From Allofournierella sp. (GTDB lineage: Bacteria; Bacillota; Clostridia; Oscillospirales; Ruminococcaceae), in the NCBI RefSeq assembly GCF_048388525.1, contig NZ_DBGCTQ010000092.1:442-64441 (forward strand): 64,000 nucleotides of DNA, written 5' to 3'. Within the stretch, counting starts at the first letter, position 1. Every line of letters begins with the position of its first letter. A program made the position numbers and the translations under genes. Below the pieces are notes generated by a model. It searched no databases and was not told where the DNA came from. It saw only the letters and a list, made by a program, of their open reading frames with translations. Positions 55,112 through 64,000 of this stretch are shown here, piece by piece.

Positions 55112-55744
55112 ATGCAAAAAGGTATCATCGGCAAAAAGCTCGGTATGACCCAGCTGTTTGATGAAAACGGCAAAGTCGTGCCCGTGACCGTGATCGAGGC
55201 CGGACCCTGCACCGTGGTGCAGAAGAAGACCCTCGAGAGCGACGGCTACCAGGCCGTGCAGCTGGGCTATGGCGACATTGCGGCCAAGAAGGTCACAAAG
55301 CCTCTCAAGGGGCACTTCGACAAGGCCGACGTCGCCCCCAAGCGCACCCTGCGGGAGTTTCGCCTGGCCGACATCAGCGCCCTGAATGTGGGCGACATCC
55401 TGAAGGCCGACGTTTTCGCCACCGGCGAGCACATCGACGTGGTGGGTGTGAGCAAGGGCAAGGGTTACGCCGGCACCATCAAGCGCTGGAACGGCCATCG
55501 CCTGCGCGAATCGCACGGCACCGGCCCCGTTTCCCGTCACGCCGGCTCCATGGGCTCCTGCTCCACGCCGAGCCGCGTGTTCAAAGGCAAAAAGCTGCCC
55601 GGTCACCTGGGCGCTGAGCGGGTCACCATTCAGAACCTGACCGTCGTCAAGGTCGACCCCGAGAACAATCTGATCGCCATCAAAGGCGCGGTCCCCGGCC
55701 CCAAGGGCGCCGTGGTCTGCATCAGCGATAGCGTGAAGGCGTAA
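55112..55744 (+). CDS. rplC: 50S ribosomal protein L3
   Basis: ATG at 55112 after AGGAGG. MQKGIIGKKLGMTQLFDENGKVVPVTVIEAGPC. Confidence 0.96.
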   Translation: MQKGIIGKKLGMTQLFDENGKVVPVTVIEAGPCTVVQKKTLESDGYQAVQLGYGDIAAKKVTKPLKGHFDKADVAPKRTLREFRLADISALNVGDILKADVFATGEHIDVVGVSKGKGYAGTIKRWNGHRLRESHGTGPVSRHAGSMGSCSTPSRVFKGKKLPGHLGAERVTIQNLTVVKVDPENNLIAIKGAVPGPKGAVVCISDSVKA

Positions 55745-55758
55745 GGAGGGAAAGCACA

Positions 55759-56382
55759 ATGGCACAATTTGACGTTTTGGATATGAACGGCAAGAAAGTT
55801 TCCACCGTAGAGCTTTCCGACGCCGTATTCGGTATCACCCCCAACGAGAAGGCCGTCCACGCCGCTGTGGTGAACTTCCTGGCCAACCAGCGCCAGGGCA
55901 CCCAGAGCACCAAGACCCGCAGCGAGGTTTCCGGCGGCGGCCGCAAGCCCTGGCGCCAGAAGGGCACCGGCCATGCACGGCAGGGTTCCACCCGCGCCCC
56001 CCAGTGGACGCACGGCGGCGTTGCGCTGGGTCCCAAGCCCCGCGACTACAGCTACCGGCTGAACCGCAAGGTCAAGCGCCTGGCTATCCTGAGCGCCATC
56101 AGCGCCAAGGCCGCCGCGGGCGACATGATCCTGATCGACAGCCTGGCCGTGGCCGAGTACAAGACCAAAGCCGTGATCGGCATGCTGGCCGCCGTGGGCG
56201 CCGGCAAAAAGAACCTGATCGTCACCCCTGAGGTGGAGGCAAAGCTTGTGAAGAGCGCCGCCAACATCCCCGGCGTGGCCACCACCGTTGCCACCAGCGT
56301 GAACACCTACGACGTGGTAAACGCCGACAAGTTCATCCTGAGCGTGGACGCGGCCAAGAAACTTGAGGAGGTTCTGGGCTAA
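55759..56382 (+). CDS. rplD: 50S ribosomal protein L4
   Basis: ...NQRQGTQSTKTRSEVSGGGRKPWRQKGTGHARQGS... Confidence 0.96.
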   Translation: MAQFDVLDMNGKKVSTVELSDAVFGITPNEKAVHAAVVNFLANQRQGTQSTKTRSEVSGGGRKPWRQKGTGHARQGSTRAPQWTHGGVALGPKPRDYSYRLNRKVKRLAILSAISAKAAAGDMILIDSLAVAEYKTKAVIGMLAAVGAGKKNLIVTPEVEAKLVKSAANIPGVATTVATSVNTYDVVNADKFILSVDAAKKLEEVLG

Positions 56383-56675
56383 TGAAAACTGCACAAGACA
56401 TCATTCTGGCTCCTGTCATTACCGAGAACTCTATGACGGGCGTGGCGAACAAGAAGTACACCTTCAAGGTCGCCACCGACGCCAACAAGGTGGAGATCGC
56501 CAAAGCCGTCGAAAAGCTGTTCGGCGTGCAGGTTGCGAAGGTTAACACCATCAGCGTGCGCGGCCGTTATCGCCGCCAGGGCATGCACGGCGGCTACACC
56601 GCCGCCGCGAAGAAGGCCATTGTTACCCTGAAAGAGGGCAGCAAGGGCATCGACTTCTTCGAGAGCATGGTCTAA
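56382..56675 (+). CDS. rplW: 50S ribosomal protein L23
   Basis: ...PVITENSM...KKYTFKVATDANKVEIAKAVEKLFGVQVAKVNT... Confidence 0.95.
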   Translation: MKTAQDIILAPVITENSMTGVANKKYTFKVATDANKVEIAKAVEKLFGVQVAKVNTISVRGRYRRQGMHGGYTAAAKKAIVTLKEGSKGIDFFESMV

Positions 56676-56768
56676 GCTGCTTTTTGCAGCTCCTTAGGGC
56701 CTGAGCAAGGCCCGCGTATGGGGATATGACCCCGATAACAATTCATAAGTAAAAAAGGAGATCCGACA

Positions 56769-57599
56769 ATGGCGATCAAAAAGTATAAGCCGACTACCCC
56801 GGGCCGCCGCGGTATGACTGTGACCGATTACAGCCAGCTTTCCAAGGTCGAGCCCGAGCGCAGCCTGCTGGAGCCTATGAAAAAGGCCGCCGGCCGCAAC
56901 AACACCGGCCGCATCACCGTCCGCCATCACGGCGGCGGTAACCGCACCAAATACCGTGTGATCGACTTCAAACGCAACAAGTTTGACGTTCCCGCCACGG
57001 TAAAAACCCTGGAGTACGATCCCAACCGCTCCGCTCACATCGCCCTGATCCAGTACGAGGACGGCGAGAAGCGCTACATCCTGGCCGCCGAAGGCATGAA
57101 GGTGGGCGACGTCATCATGGCGGGCCCCAATGCCGACATCAAGCCCGGCAACGCGCTGCCCTTTGCCAACATCCCCGTGGGCACCATCATCCACAACGTT
57201 GAGCTGTATCCCGGCAAGGGCGGCCAGCTGGTGCGCAGCGCCGGCAACCAGGCTCAGCTGATGGCAAAAGAGAACGGCTACGCCCTGGTTCGCCTGCCCT
57301 CCGGCGAGATGCGCAACATCCCCCTGAACTGCATCGCCACCGTGGGCCAGGTGGGCAACGTGGATCACGAGAACGTGAACCTGGGCAAGGCCGGCCGCAG
57401 GCGCCACATGGGCTGGCGGCCCGCTGTGCGCGGCTCTGTGATGAACCCCTGCGATCACCCCCACGGCGGTGGTGAAGGCAAGAGCCCCGTGGGCCGTCCC
57501 GGCCCTGTTACCCCCTGGGGCAAGCCTACCATGGGTTACAAGACCCGCAAACACCACAACCGCTCTGACAAGTTCATTGTCAAGCGCGCCAAAGGTTAA
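56769..57599 (+). CDS. rplB: 50S ribosomal protein L2
   Basis: [17 protein letters not shown]...[11 protein letters not shown]... Confidence 0.97.
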   Translation: MAIKKYKPTTPGRRGMTVTDYSQLSKVEPERSLLEPMKKAAGRNNTGRITVRHHGGGNRTKYRVIDFKRNKFDVPATVKTLEYDPNRSAHIALIQYEDGEKRYILAAEGMKVGDVIMAGPNADIKPGNALPFANIPVGTIIHNVELYPGKGGQLVRSAGNQAQLMAKENGYALVRLPSGEMRNIPLNCIATVGQVGNVDHENVNLGKAGRRRHMGWRPAVRGSVMNPCDHPHGGGEGKSPVGRPGPVTPWGKPTMGYKTRKHHNRSDKFIVKRAKG

Positions 57600-57614
57600 G
57601 AGAGGAGAACGAAC

Positions 57615-57887
57615 ATGGGTAGAAGTGTTAAGAAGGGACCGTACGTCCTGCCTGTTCTGCTGAAGCGCGTGCAGGAAATGAACGCCGCCGGCGAGAAGCG
57701 CGTGCTGAAAACCTGGAGCCGCTCCTCCACGATTTTCCCCGACTTTGTGGGCCACACCTTCGCCGTGCACGACGGCCGCAAGCATGTGCCCGTTTACGTC
57801 ACCGAAGATATGGTCGGTCACAAGCTGGGCGAGTTCGCCCCGACCCGTACCTTCAAGGGCCATGCCGGCTCCAAGACCGGCAGGTAA
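57615..57887 (+). CDS. rpsS: 30S ribosomal protein S19
   Basis: [11 protein letters not shown]...[16 protein letters not shown]. Confidence 0.97.
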   Translation: MGRSVKKGPYVLPVLLKRVQEMNAAGEKRVLKTWSRSSTIFPDFVGHTFAVHDGRKHVPVYVTEDMVGHKLGEFAPTRTFKGHAGSKTGR

Positions 57888-57907
57888 GGATAAGGAGGAG
57901 TAAAGCA

Positions 57908-58243
57908 ATGGAAGCTAGGGCACATCTTCGATACGCCCGCATCAGCCCCCGCAAGGTTTCGGTTGTGCTGGACCTGATCCGCAACCAGCCTTTGGACAAG
58001 GCGCTGGCGATCCTGCAGTACACCCCGAAGGCCGCTTGCGAGCCCCTTCTGAAACTGGTGAAATCTGCTGCCGCAAATGCGGAAAACAACCACAACATGG
58101 ACAAGAACAGCCTGTACGTGGCCGAGTGCTTCGTTACCCCCGGCCCCACCCTGAAGCGCATTCGTCCCCGCGCTCAGGGCCGCGCGTTCCGGGTGCTCAA
58201 GCGCACCAGCCATGTGACCGTGGTTCTGAAAGAGAAAGAGTAA
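57908..58243 (+). CDS. rplV: 50S ribosomal protein L22
   Basis: ...[29 protein letters not shown]... Confidence 0.96.
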   Translation: MEARAHLRYARISPRKVSVVLDLIRNQPLDKALAILQYTPKAACEPLLKLVKSAAANAENNHNMDKNSLYVAECFVTPGPTLKRIRPRAQGRAFRVLKRTSHVTVVLKEKE

Positions 58244-58256
58244 GGAGGTAAACACA

Positions 58257-58979
58257 ATGGGCCAGAAAGTGAATCCCCACGGCATTCGCGTGGGCGTCAT
58301 CAAAGATTGGGACAGCCGCTGGTTTACTTCCAAAAAGGAATTCGGCGACACCCTGGTTGAGGACTACAAGATCCGCAAGCAGCTGAAAAAGCAGCTGTTC
58401 GGCGCGGGCATCCCCAAGATCGAGATCGAGCGCACGGTGGACAGCCAGTCCGGAGCGCCCCGCCTCAAGGTGAGCATCTGGTGCGCAAAGCCCGGCATGG
58501 TCATTGGCAAGGGCGGCTCTGAGATCGTGAAGCTGCAGGACCAGCTCAAGAAAATGACCGGCAAGGACGTCAATGTGAACATCATTGAAGTGCGCAATAT
58601 GGACACCAACGCCCAGCTCGTGGCCGAGAACATCGCCAGCCAGCTGGAGCGCCGCATCGGCTTCCGCCGCGCCATGAAACAGTGCATGGGCCGGGCAATG
58701 CAGCGCGGCGCCAAGGGCATCAAGACCCAGGTGTCCGGCCGTTTGGGCGGCGCGGATATCGCCCGCACCGAGAGCTACCACGAGGGGACCATCCCCCTGC
58801 AGACCCTGCGCGCCGACATTGATTACGGCTTTGCAGAGGCCGCCACCACCTACGGCCGCATCGGCGTAAAGGTGTGGATCTACAAGGGCGAAGTGCTGAA
58901 GGGCTCCAAGCCCGCCGCGGAAAGGGAGAACACCAGCAATAACTTCCGCCGCGACCGCAAGGAAGGAGGCAACCGGTAA
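58257..58979 (+). CDS. rpsC: 30S ribosomal protein S3
   Basis: [23 protein letters not shown]..., with a KH domain and a basic C-terminal tail. Confidence 0.97.
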   Translation: MGQKVNPHGIRVGVIKDWDSRWFTSKKEFGDTLVEDYKIRKQLKKQLFGAGIPKIEIERTVDSQSGAPRLKVSIWCAKPGMVIGKGGSEIVKLQDQLKKMTGKDVNVNIIEVRNMDTNAQLVAENIASQLERRIGFRRAMKQCMGRAMQRGAKGIKTQVSGRLGGADIARTESYHEGTIPLQTLRADIDYGFAEAATTYGRIGVKVWIYKGEVLKGSKPAAERENTSNNFRRDRKEGGNR

Positions 58980-59413
58980 TGTTACTGCCGAAACGCGTTA
59001 AGTACCGCCGCGTACAGCGTGGCCGCATGAAGGGCAAAGCCATGCGCGGCAACACCGTGAACCAGGGCCAGTACGGCCTGGTGGCGCTGGAGCCCGGCTG
59101 GATTGATTCCCGCCAGATCGAGGCCGCCCGTATCGCCATGACCCGTTACATCAAGCGTGGCGGTAAGGTTTGGATCAAGATCTTCCCCGACAAGCCCGTG
59201 ACCGAGAAGCCCGCCGAGACCCGCATGGGTTCCGGTAAAGGCAGCCCGGAGTACTGGGTGGCTGTGGTCAAGCCCGGCCGTGTGCTGTTCGAGCTGGCCG
59301 ACGTGGATGAAACCACTGCCCGCGAGGCCCTGCGCCTGGCCATGCACAAGCTGCCGGTCAAGTGCAAGTTCGCCAAGCGCGAAGACGAAGTGAAGGAGGG
59401 TGGCGACGCATGA
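58979..59413 (+). CDS. rplP: 50S ribosomal protein L16
   Basis: [21 protein letters not shown]... Confidence 0.97.
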   Translation: MLLPKRVKYRRVQRGRMKGKAMRGNTVNQGQYGLVALEPGWIDSRQIEAARIAMTRYIKRGGKVWIKIFPDKPVTEKPAETRMGSGKGSPEYWVAVVKPGRVLFELADVDETTAREALRLAMHKLPVKCKFAKREDEVKEGGDA

Positions 59414-59601
59414 AAGCTGCCGATCTGCGCGAAATGAGCGCAAAAGAGCTGAACGAAAAGCTGGTCGAGCTGAAGCAGGAGCTGTTCAACCTTCGCTTCC
59501 AGCACGCCATCAACCAACTGGACAACCCCGGCCGCATTGCAACGGTGAAGAAAGACATCGCCCGCGTGATGACCGTGCTGGCCCAGAACGAGAAAGCGTA
59601 A
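59410..59601 (+). CDS. rpmC: 50S ribosomal protein L29
   Basis: ATG at 59410 overlaps the rplP stop. [31 protein letters not shown]. Confidence 0.95.
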   Translation: MKAADLREMSAKELNEKLVELKQELFNLRFQHAINQLDNPGRIATVKKDIARVMTVLAQNEKA

Positions 59602-59614
59602 GGGAGGGTAAACG

Positions 59615-59869
59615 ATGGAACGCAATTTGAGAAAGACCCGTGTGGGCACCGTTGTGTCCGACAAGATGGATAAGACCGTCGTCGTTGCCGTGAAGGACAG
59701 CGTGCAGCACCCCCTCTACAAGAAGATCCTGAAGCGCACTGTGAAGTTCAAGGCCCACGACGAAAACAACGAGTGCGGCACTGGCGACCGTGTGAAGATC
59801 ATGGAGACCCGCCCCCTGTCCAAGGATAAGCGCTGGCGCGTGGTCGAAATTCTGGAAAAGGCGAAATAA
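59615..59869 (+). CDS. rpsQ: 30S ribosomal protein S17
   Basis: ...[21 protein letters not shown]... Confidence 0.96.
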   Translation: MERNLRKTRVGTVVSDKMDKTVVVAVKDSVQHPLYKKILKRTVKFKAHDENNECGTGDRVKIMETRPLSKDKRWRVVEILEKAK

Positions 59870-59899
59870 CGCCTGTTACTTTGAAAGGAGGATCTGGCA

Positions 59900-60268
59900 A
59901 TGGTTCAGATGCAAACTTATCTCAAAGTAGCCGACAACACCGGTGCCAAGGAGTTAATGTGCATTCGTGTGCTGGGCGGTTCGCGCAAGAGATATGCGAA
60001 CATCGGCGACGTTGTGGTGGCTTCCGTTAAAAAGGCGGCCCCCGGCGGTACCGTGAAAAAAGGCGACGTGGTCAAGGCTGTGATCGTTCGCAGCAAGCAT
60101 GGCCTGCGCCGTGAGGACGGCAGCTACATCCGGTTCGACGAGAACGCGGCGGTGCTGATCCGTGAAGACAAGAACCCGAGAGGCACCCGTATCTTTGGAC
60201 CCGTGGCCCGCGAACTGCGCGAGAACGGTTACCTGAAGATCTTGAGCCTGGCTCCGGAATCGCTGTAA
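59900..60268 (+). CDS. rplN: 50S ribosomal protein L14
   Basis: [27 protein letters not shown]... Confidence 0.97.
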   Translation: MVQMQTYLKVADNTGAKELMCIRVLGGSRKRYANIGDVVVASVKKAAPGGTVKKGDVVKAVIVRSKHGLRREDGSYIRFDENAAVLIREDKNPRGTRIFGPVARELRENGYLKILSLAPESL

Positions 60269-60281
60269 GGAGGTTTTAAGA

Positions 60282-60596
60282 ATGAACAATCTTCATGTTA
60301 AAACCGGCGACAACGTTATGATCATCAGCGGCAAGGACAAGGGCAAGACCGGTAAGGTGTTGGCTGTGAGCCCCAAAGAGGGCAAGGTCATCATCGAGGG
60401 TCTGAACATGGTCACCAAGCACGTGAAACCCCGCCGTCAGGGCGAACAGGGCGGTATCGTGAAGGCCGAGGGTGCGATCTACGCCTGCAAAGTTATGCCG
60501 GTTTGCCCCAAGTGCGGCAAGGCCACCCGCGTGGCCCACACCGTGAAGGAAGGCAAAAATGTGCGCGTGTGCCGCAAATGCGGCGCCGAGCTGTGA
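60282..60596 (+). CDS. rplX: 50S ribosomal protein L24 (variant with a C-terminal CxxC..CxxC ribbon)
   Basis: KOW motif [21 protein letters not shown]. The C-terminus is [28 protein letters not shown]. Confidence 0.95.
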   Translation: MNNLHVKTGDNVMIISGKDKGKTGKVLAVSPKEGKVIIEGLNMVTKHVKPRRQGEQGGIVKAEGAIYACKVMPVCPKCGKATRVAHTVKEGKNVRVCRKCGAEL

Positions 60597-60613
60597 AGGA
60601 GGGAAACAACACA

Positions 60614-61153
60614 ATGGCACGTTTGAAAGAAAAGTATGTCAGCGAGGTTGCTCCCGCCCTCATGAGCAAGTTTGGCTACAAGAGCGTTATGCAGATCCCC
60701 AAGCTCGATAAGGTTATCGTGAACGTGGGCTGCGGCGAAGCCAAGGACAACCAGAAAATGATCGAGGCCATTCTGGGCGACATTGCCCAGGTCACCGGCC
60801 AGAAGCCCATCGTGTGCAAGGCCAAAAAGAGCGTGGCGAACTTCAAGCTGCGCGAGGGCATGCCCGTGGGCGTGAAGGTCACCCTGCGCGGCGAGCGCAT
60901 GTACGAGTTCGTGGACCGGCTGTTCAGCGTGGCCCTGCCCCGCGTGCGCGACTTCCGCGGAATCAACGGCAACTCCTTCGATGGCCGCGGCAACTACGCC
61001 CTGGGCATCAAAGAGCAGCTGATCTTCCCGGAGATCGACTACGACAAGATCGACGCCGTGCGCGGTATGGACATCGCTTTTGTGACCACCGCCAAAACCG
61101 ACGAAGAGGCCAAGGCCCTGCTTGCGGCCATGGGCGCTCCGTTCGCTAACTAA
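60614..61153 (+). CDS. rplE: 50S ribosomal protein L5
   Basis: ATG at 60614. [37 protein letters not shown]. Confidence 0.96.
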   Translation: MARLKEKYVSEVAPALMSKFGYKSVMQIPKLDKVIVNVGCGEAKDNQKMIEAILGDIAQVTGQKPIVCKAKKSVANFKLREGMPVGVKVTLRGERMYEFVDRLFSVALPRVRDFRGINGNSFDGRGNYALGIKEQLIFPEIDYDKIDAVRGMDIAFVTTAKTDEEAKALLAAMGAPFAN

Positions 61154-61167
61154 GGGAGGGTACGACT

Positions 61168-61353
61168 TTGGCAAAGACTTCTATGAAGATCAAGCAGCAG
61201 CAGGAGCCCAAGTTCTCTACCCGCGGCTACAACCGCTGCAAGATCTGCGGCCGCCCCCACGCCTACCTGCGCAAGTACGGTGTATGCCGTATCTGCTTCC
61301 GTGAACTGGCCTATAAGGGCGAGATCCCCGGCGTGAAGAAGGCATCCTGGTAA
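61168..61353 (+). CDS. rpsZ: 30S ribosomal protein S14, short zinc-binding type Z
   Basis: 61 aa. ...[39 protein letters not shown]. Confidence 0.96.
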   Translation: MAKTSMKIKQQQEPKFSTRGYNRCKICGRPHAYLRKYGVCRICFRELAYKGEIPGVKKASW

Positions 61354-61396
61354 ACCGCAGAACAACAACGAAGAACCTTAAAAGGAGGTTAGTGGC

Positions 61397-61795
61397 ATGC
61401 AAATCACCGATCCTATCGCGGACCTGCTCACCCGCATCCGCAATGCCAGCACTGCCAAACACCCTTCTGTAGACGTTCCCGCTTCCAACCTGAAGAAGGC
61501 GGTTTGCCAGATCCTGGTTGACGAGGGCTACATCAAGAGTGTGCAGTCGATCGAAGACAACAAGCAGGGCACCCTGCGCCTGACCCTGAAATATCAGGAG
61601 AACGGCGCGCCGGTCCTGGCCGGCCTGCGGCGCGTTTCCAAGCCCGGCCTGCGCATCTACACCAACTGCGAAGACATGCCCAAGGTCATGAAGGGCCTGG
61701 GCACCGCGATCATTTCCACCTCGCAGGGCGTTATGACCGACAAAGCCGCCAGGGCCGCCCACGTGGGTGGCGAAGTGCTCGCCTTTGTGTGGTAA
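61397..61795 (+). CDS. rpsH: 30S ribosomal protein S8
   Basis: MQITDPIADLLTRIRNA... Confidence 0.97.
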   Translation: MQITDPIADLLTRIRNASTAKHPSVDVPASNLKKAVCQILVDEGYIKSVQSIEDNKQGTLRLTLKYQENGAPVLAGLRRVSKPGLRIYTNCEDMPKVMKGLGTAIISTSQGVMTDKAARAAHVGGEVLAFVW

Positions 61796-61813
61796 GAAAG
61801 GGGCAAAAAGACA

Positions 61814-62356
61814 ATGTCGAGAATTGGAAGAAAACCCATCGTCATTCCTGCGGGCGTCGAAGTTACCATAAAGGATAACGTCGTGACCGTGAAGGGCCCC
61901 AAGGGCACCCTGAATTCCAAGATCCACCCCATGATGATCGTGAAGATCGAGGGTGGTGAAGTGCTGGTGACCCGCCCCAATGACGAGAAAGAGGCCCGCA
62001 GCCTGCACGGCCTGACCCGCACCAACATCAGCAATATGGTGGAGGGCGTTGTAAACGGCTTTGAGAAAAAGCTGGAAGTGCAGGGCGTGGGCTACCGTGT
62101 GGCCAAGCAGGGCAAGAGCCTGGTGATGAACCTGGGCTTTTCCCACCAGGTGATCGTGGAGGAGACCGACGAGATCAAGATCGAAGCTCCCGACGCCAAC
62201 ACCATCATCATCAAGGGCATCGACAAGCAGAAGGTCGGCCAGTTCGCGGCTGAAGTCCGCGAGAAGCGCCCCCCCGAACCCTACAAGGGCAAGGGCATCC
62301 GCTATGCTGGTGAGCACATCATCCGCAAAGAGGGCAAGGCCGGCAAAGGCAAATAA
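61814..62356 (+). CDS. rplF: 50S ribosomal protein L6
   Basis: MSRIGRKPIVIPAGVEVT... Confidence 0.97.
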   Translation: MSRIGRKPIVIPAGVEVTIKDNVVTVKGPKGTLNSKIHPMMIVKIEGGEVLVTRPNDEKEARSLHGLTRTNISNMVEGVVNGFEKKLEVQGVGYRVAKQGKSLVMNLGFSHQVIVEETDEIKIEAPDANTIIIKGIDKQKVGQFAAEVREKRPPEPYKGKGIRYAGEHIIRKEGKAGKGK

Positions 62357-62374
62357 GGTAAGGAGTGAAAGACA

Positions 62375-62734
62375 ATGGTCAATAAACCTGACAAGAACGA
62401 AGCCCGGCTTCGTCGTCATCGCCGTGTGCGCGGCAAGATCAGCGGCACCGCTGAGCGCCCCCGCCTGGACGTGTTCCGCTCCTCCAAGCATATCTATGCC
62501 CAGATCATTGATGATGTGGCCGGCGTGACCTTGGTCAGCGCCTCCAGCATGGAAAAAGGCTTTGAGGGCTTTGGCGGCAACATTGAGGCTGCCGGCAAGG
62601 TGGGCAAAATGATTGCCGAGAAGGCCCTGGAGAAGGGCATCAAGACGGTCGTATTCGACCGCGGTGGCTTTGTTTATCACGGCCGCGTGAAAGCTTTGGC
62701 CGAGGGCGCCCGCGAGGGCGGCCTGGAGCTGTAA
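62375..62734 (+). CDS. rplR: 50S ribosomal protein L18
   Basis: ...[38 protein letters not shown]... Confidence 0.96.
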   Translation: MVNKPDKNEARLRRHRRVRGKISGTAERPRLDVFRSSKHIYAQIIDDVAGVTLVSASSMEKGFEGFGGNIEAAGKVGKMIAEKALEKGIKTVVFDRGGFVYHGRVKALAEGAREGGLEL

Positions 62735-62748
62735 GGAGGAGGATACAC

Positions 62749-63252
62749 ATGGAAAGAAGAAATCGTGAAGTGGACGACGGCATGATCGAGAAGGTCGTCG
62801 CCATCAACCGCGTATCCAAAACCGTTAAGGGCGGCCGCGTGATGAAGTTCAGCGCTCTGGTTGTCGTGGGTGACGGCAAGGGCACCATCGGTTTTGGCAT
62901 GGGCAAGGCGGGCGAGGTTCCCGAGGCGATCCGCAAGGGCATCGAGAACGCCAAAAAGAACATGCACAAGATCGCCATGCGGGGCACCACCATTCCCCAC
63001 GAGATTGTGGGCGAGTTCGGGGCAGGCCGCATTCTGATGCGCCCCGCGGCCCCCGGTACCGGCGTGATCGCCGGCGGCCCCGTGCGTGCGGTGCTGGAAG
63101 CCGCCGGCATTAAGGACATCCGTACCAAGTGCCTGCGCTCCAACAACCCCTGCAACGTGGTAACCGCCACCGTGAACGGCCTGTGCAGCCTGGTCAGCGC
63201 CGAGGAAGTGGCTGCCAAGCGCGGCAAGACCGTGAAGGAAATCTTAGGTTAA
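62749..63252 (+). CDS. rpsE: 30S ribosomal protein S5
   Basis: ...[50 protein letters not shown]... Confidence 0.97.
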   Translation: MERRNREVDDGMIEKVVAINRVSKTVKGGRVMKFSALVVVGDGKGTIGFGMGKAGEVPEAIRKGIENAKKNMHKIAMRGTTIPHEIVGEFGAGRILMRPAAPGTGVIAGGPVRAVLEAAGIKDIRTKCLRSNNPCNVVTATVNGLCSLVSAEEVAAKRGKTVKEILG

Positions 63253-63266
63253 GGAGGTAGCTGATC

Positions 63267-63701
63267 ATGGCAGAAACCGAAAAGAAGGTCGCGGCCGCCG
63301 AGGCTGCCACCGAGGAAAAGGCTGCGGCTAAAAAGCCCGCCGCCAAAAAGCCCGCCGCTAAAAAGGCGGCGGACGGCGAAAAGGCTGCTGCGAAGAAGCC
63401 CGCCGCCAAAAAGCCTGCGGCTAAAAAGGCCGAAGGCGAGGCCGCTCCCAAAAAGAGCGCGGCCAAAAAGGCCGAGGGCGAAGCTGCCCCCAAGAAGGCC
63501 GCCGCTCCCAAGGCGAAGGCCGAGGGCGTTTTGACCATTAAACTGGTCAAGAGCCTGTCGGGCCGCAGCGTAAAGCAGATCGCTACCGCGAAGAGCCTGG
63601 GCCTGAGCCGCATTGGCGACGTTGCCGTTCAGCCGGATAACGCCCCCACCAGCGGCAAGATCGCTAAAATCAGCCACATGGTCGTGGTCACCAAAGCGTA
63701 A
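63267..63701 (+). CDS. rpmD: 50S ribosomal protein L30 with an 88-aa Lys/Ala/Pro-rich N-terminal extension
   Basis: The L30 core LTIKLVKSLSGRSVKQIATAKSLGLSRIGDVAVQPDNAPTSGKIAKISHMVVV occupies only the last approximately 56 aa. The in-frame upstream part has KKPAAKK repeats. A strong AAGGAGG lies 8 nt before the ATG at 63267. Confidence 0.85.
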   Translation: MAETEKKVAAAEAATEEKAAAKKPAAKKPAAKKAADGEKAAAKKPAAKKPAAKKAEGEAAPKKSAAKKAEGEAAPKKAAAPKAKAEGVLTIKLVKSLSGRSVKQIATAKSLGLSRIGDVAVQPDNAPTSGKIAKISHMVVVTKA

Positions 63702-63722
63702 CAGCAAGGAGGTGCAAGCACA

Positions 63723-64000
63723 TTGAAGCTTCATGAATTAAAGCCCGCAGAGGGTTCTACCACCGCTGCGAAACGCAAGGGCCGCGGTCACGGCAGCGGA
63801 AACGGCAAGACCGCCGGTTACGGCCACAAGGGCCAGAAAGCGCGTTCGGGCGTGAAAAAGGCCGGGTTCGAAGGCGGCCAGATGCCCCTTCAGCGCCGCC
63901 TGCCCAAGCGCGGTTTCAACAACATTTTCGCCACCGAGTATGCTACCGTTAAGGTGAGCGATCTGGAGGCAAGGTTTGAGGCCGGCGCAGTGGTGGATAC
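63723..64000 (+). CDS. rplO: 50S ribosomal protein L15, 3'-truncated by the window edge
   Basis: TTG start at 63723 after AAGGAGG. (M)[42 protein letters not shown]... Confidence 0.93.
   Translation, partial: MKLHELKPAEGSTTAAKRKGRGHGSGNGKTAGYGHKGQKARSGVKKAGFEGGQMPLQRRLPKRGFNNIFATEYATVKVSDLEARFEAGAVVD

Noticed and set aside
61217-62680. 487-aa minus-strand ORF across rpsZ-rpsH-rplF-rplR.
   Set aside because: It overlaps four universally conserved ribosomal protein genes on the opposite strand, so it cannot be real coding sequence.
63290-63500. Nucleotide periodicity (repeated GCCGCCAAAAAGCCCGCC-like units), considered as a repeat array or CRISPR.
   Set aside because: The repeats are short, imperfect, contiguous without spacers and in frame. 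They simply encode the KKPAAKK peptide repeats of the L30 extension. The antisense ORFs at 63194..63734 are artefacts of the same tract.

Overview
This is a GC-rich chromosomal window. Gene content and order look Clostridia-like: a Bce-type peptide-resistance module, YesMN/LplABC-type sugar loci, RqcH, a short zinc-type S14 and the S10-spc gene order. That taxonomic call is inference only. No rRNA gene or CRISPR array was seen.

Contents from left to right:
- 3..5390: the C-terminal end of a P-type ATPase-like gene, a divergent EF-G paralogue, greA and lysS.
- About 5560..11210: a visibly AT-richer accessory island holding gene fragments (integrase C-terminus fused to a truncated serine-hydrolase gene) and small stress or xenobiotic-type genes.
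- 11292..22478: an alpha-glucoside phosphorolysis locus. It has GH65 and an unassigned (alpha/alpha)6 hydrolase on the minus strand, and LacI, an ABC importer, GH31 and beta-phosphoglucomutase on the plus strand.
- 22569..25612: ruvX, a ClC channel, DUF1836 and a membrane protein.
- 25794..30238: a Bce-type response regulator, histidine kinase and ABC peptide-resistance module.
- 30338..41905: a second sugar locus with YesN/YesM, LplB/C/A-type ABC importer, DUF4091, a Gfo/Idh/MocA oxidoreductase and a clan GH-D glycosidase.
- 41982..45489: a 3.5 kb AT-rich single-gene island lying against the 3' end of tRNA-Leu(CAA).
- 45887..54146: housekeeping genes (sigma factor, zinc-ribbon protein, DUF2142, DUF1858, trmK, nif3, rqcH).
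- 54643..64000: the S10-spc ribosomal protein cluster from rpsJ to a partial rplO.

The most interesting object is the solitary 978-aa gene in the tRNA-adjacent island. It fuses an Upf1/DNA2-like SF1 helicase carrying a coiled-coil insert to a single-HKD PLD-type nuclease domain and a terminal topoisomerase-type zinc ribbon. I read it as a candidate single-gene defence system, Mokosh-type-II-like in domain logic but with extra modules.

Secondary oddities:
- An L30 with an 88-aa histone-H1-like Lys/Ala/Pro N-terminal extension.
- An L24 with a CxxC..CxxC ribbon.
- An EF-G paralogue with Leu where the catalytic His normally sits.
- Candidate regulator binding sites.

Many long ORFs in the supplied track that run antisense to these genes are GC-driven artefacts.
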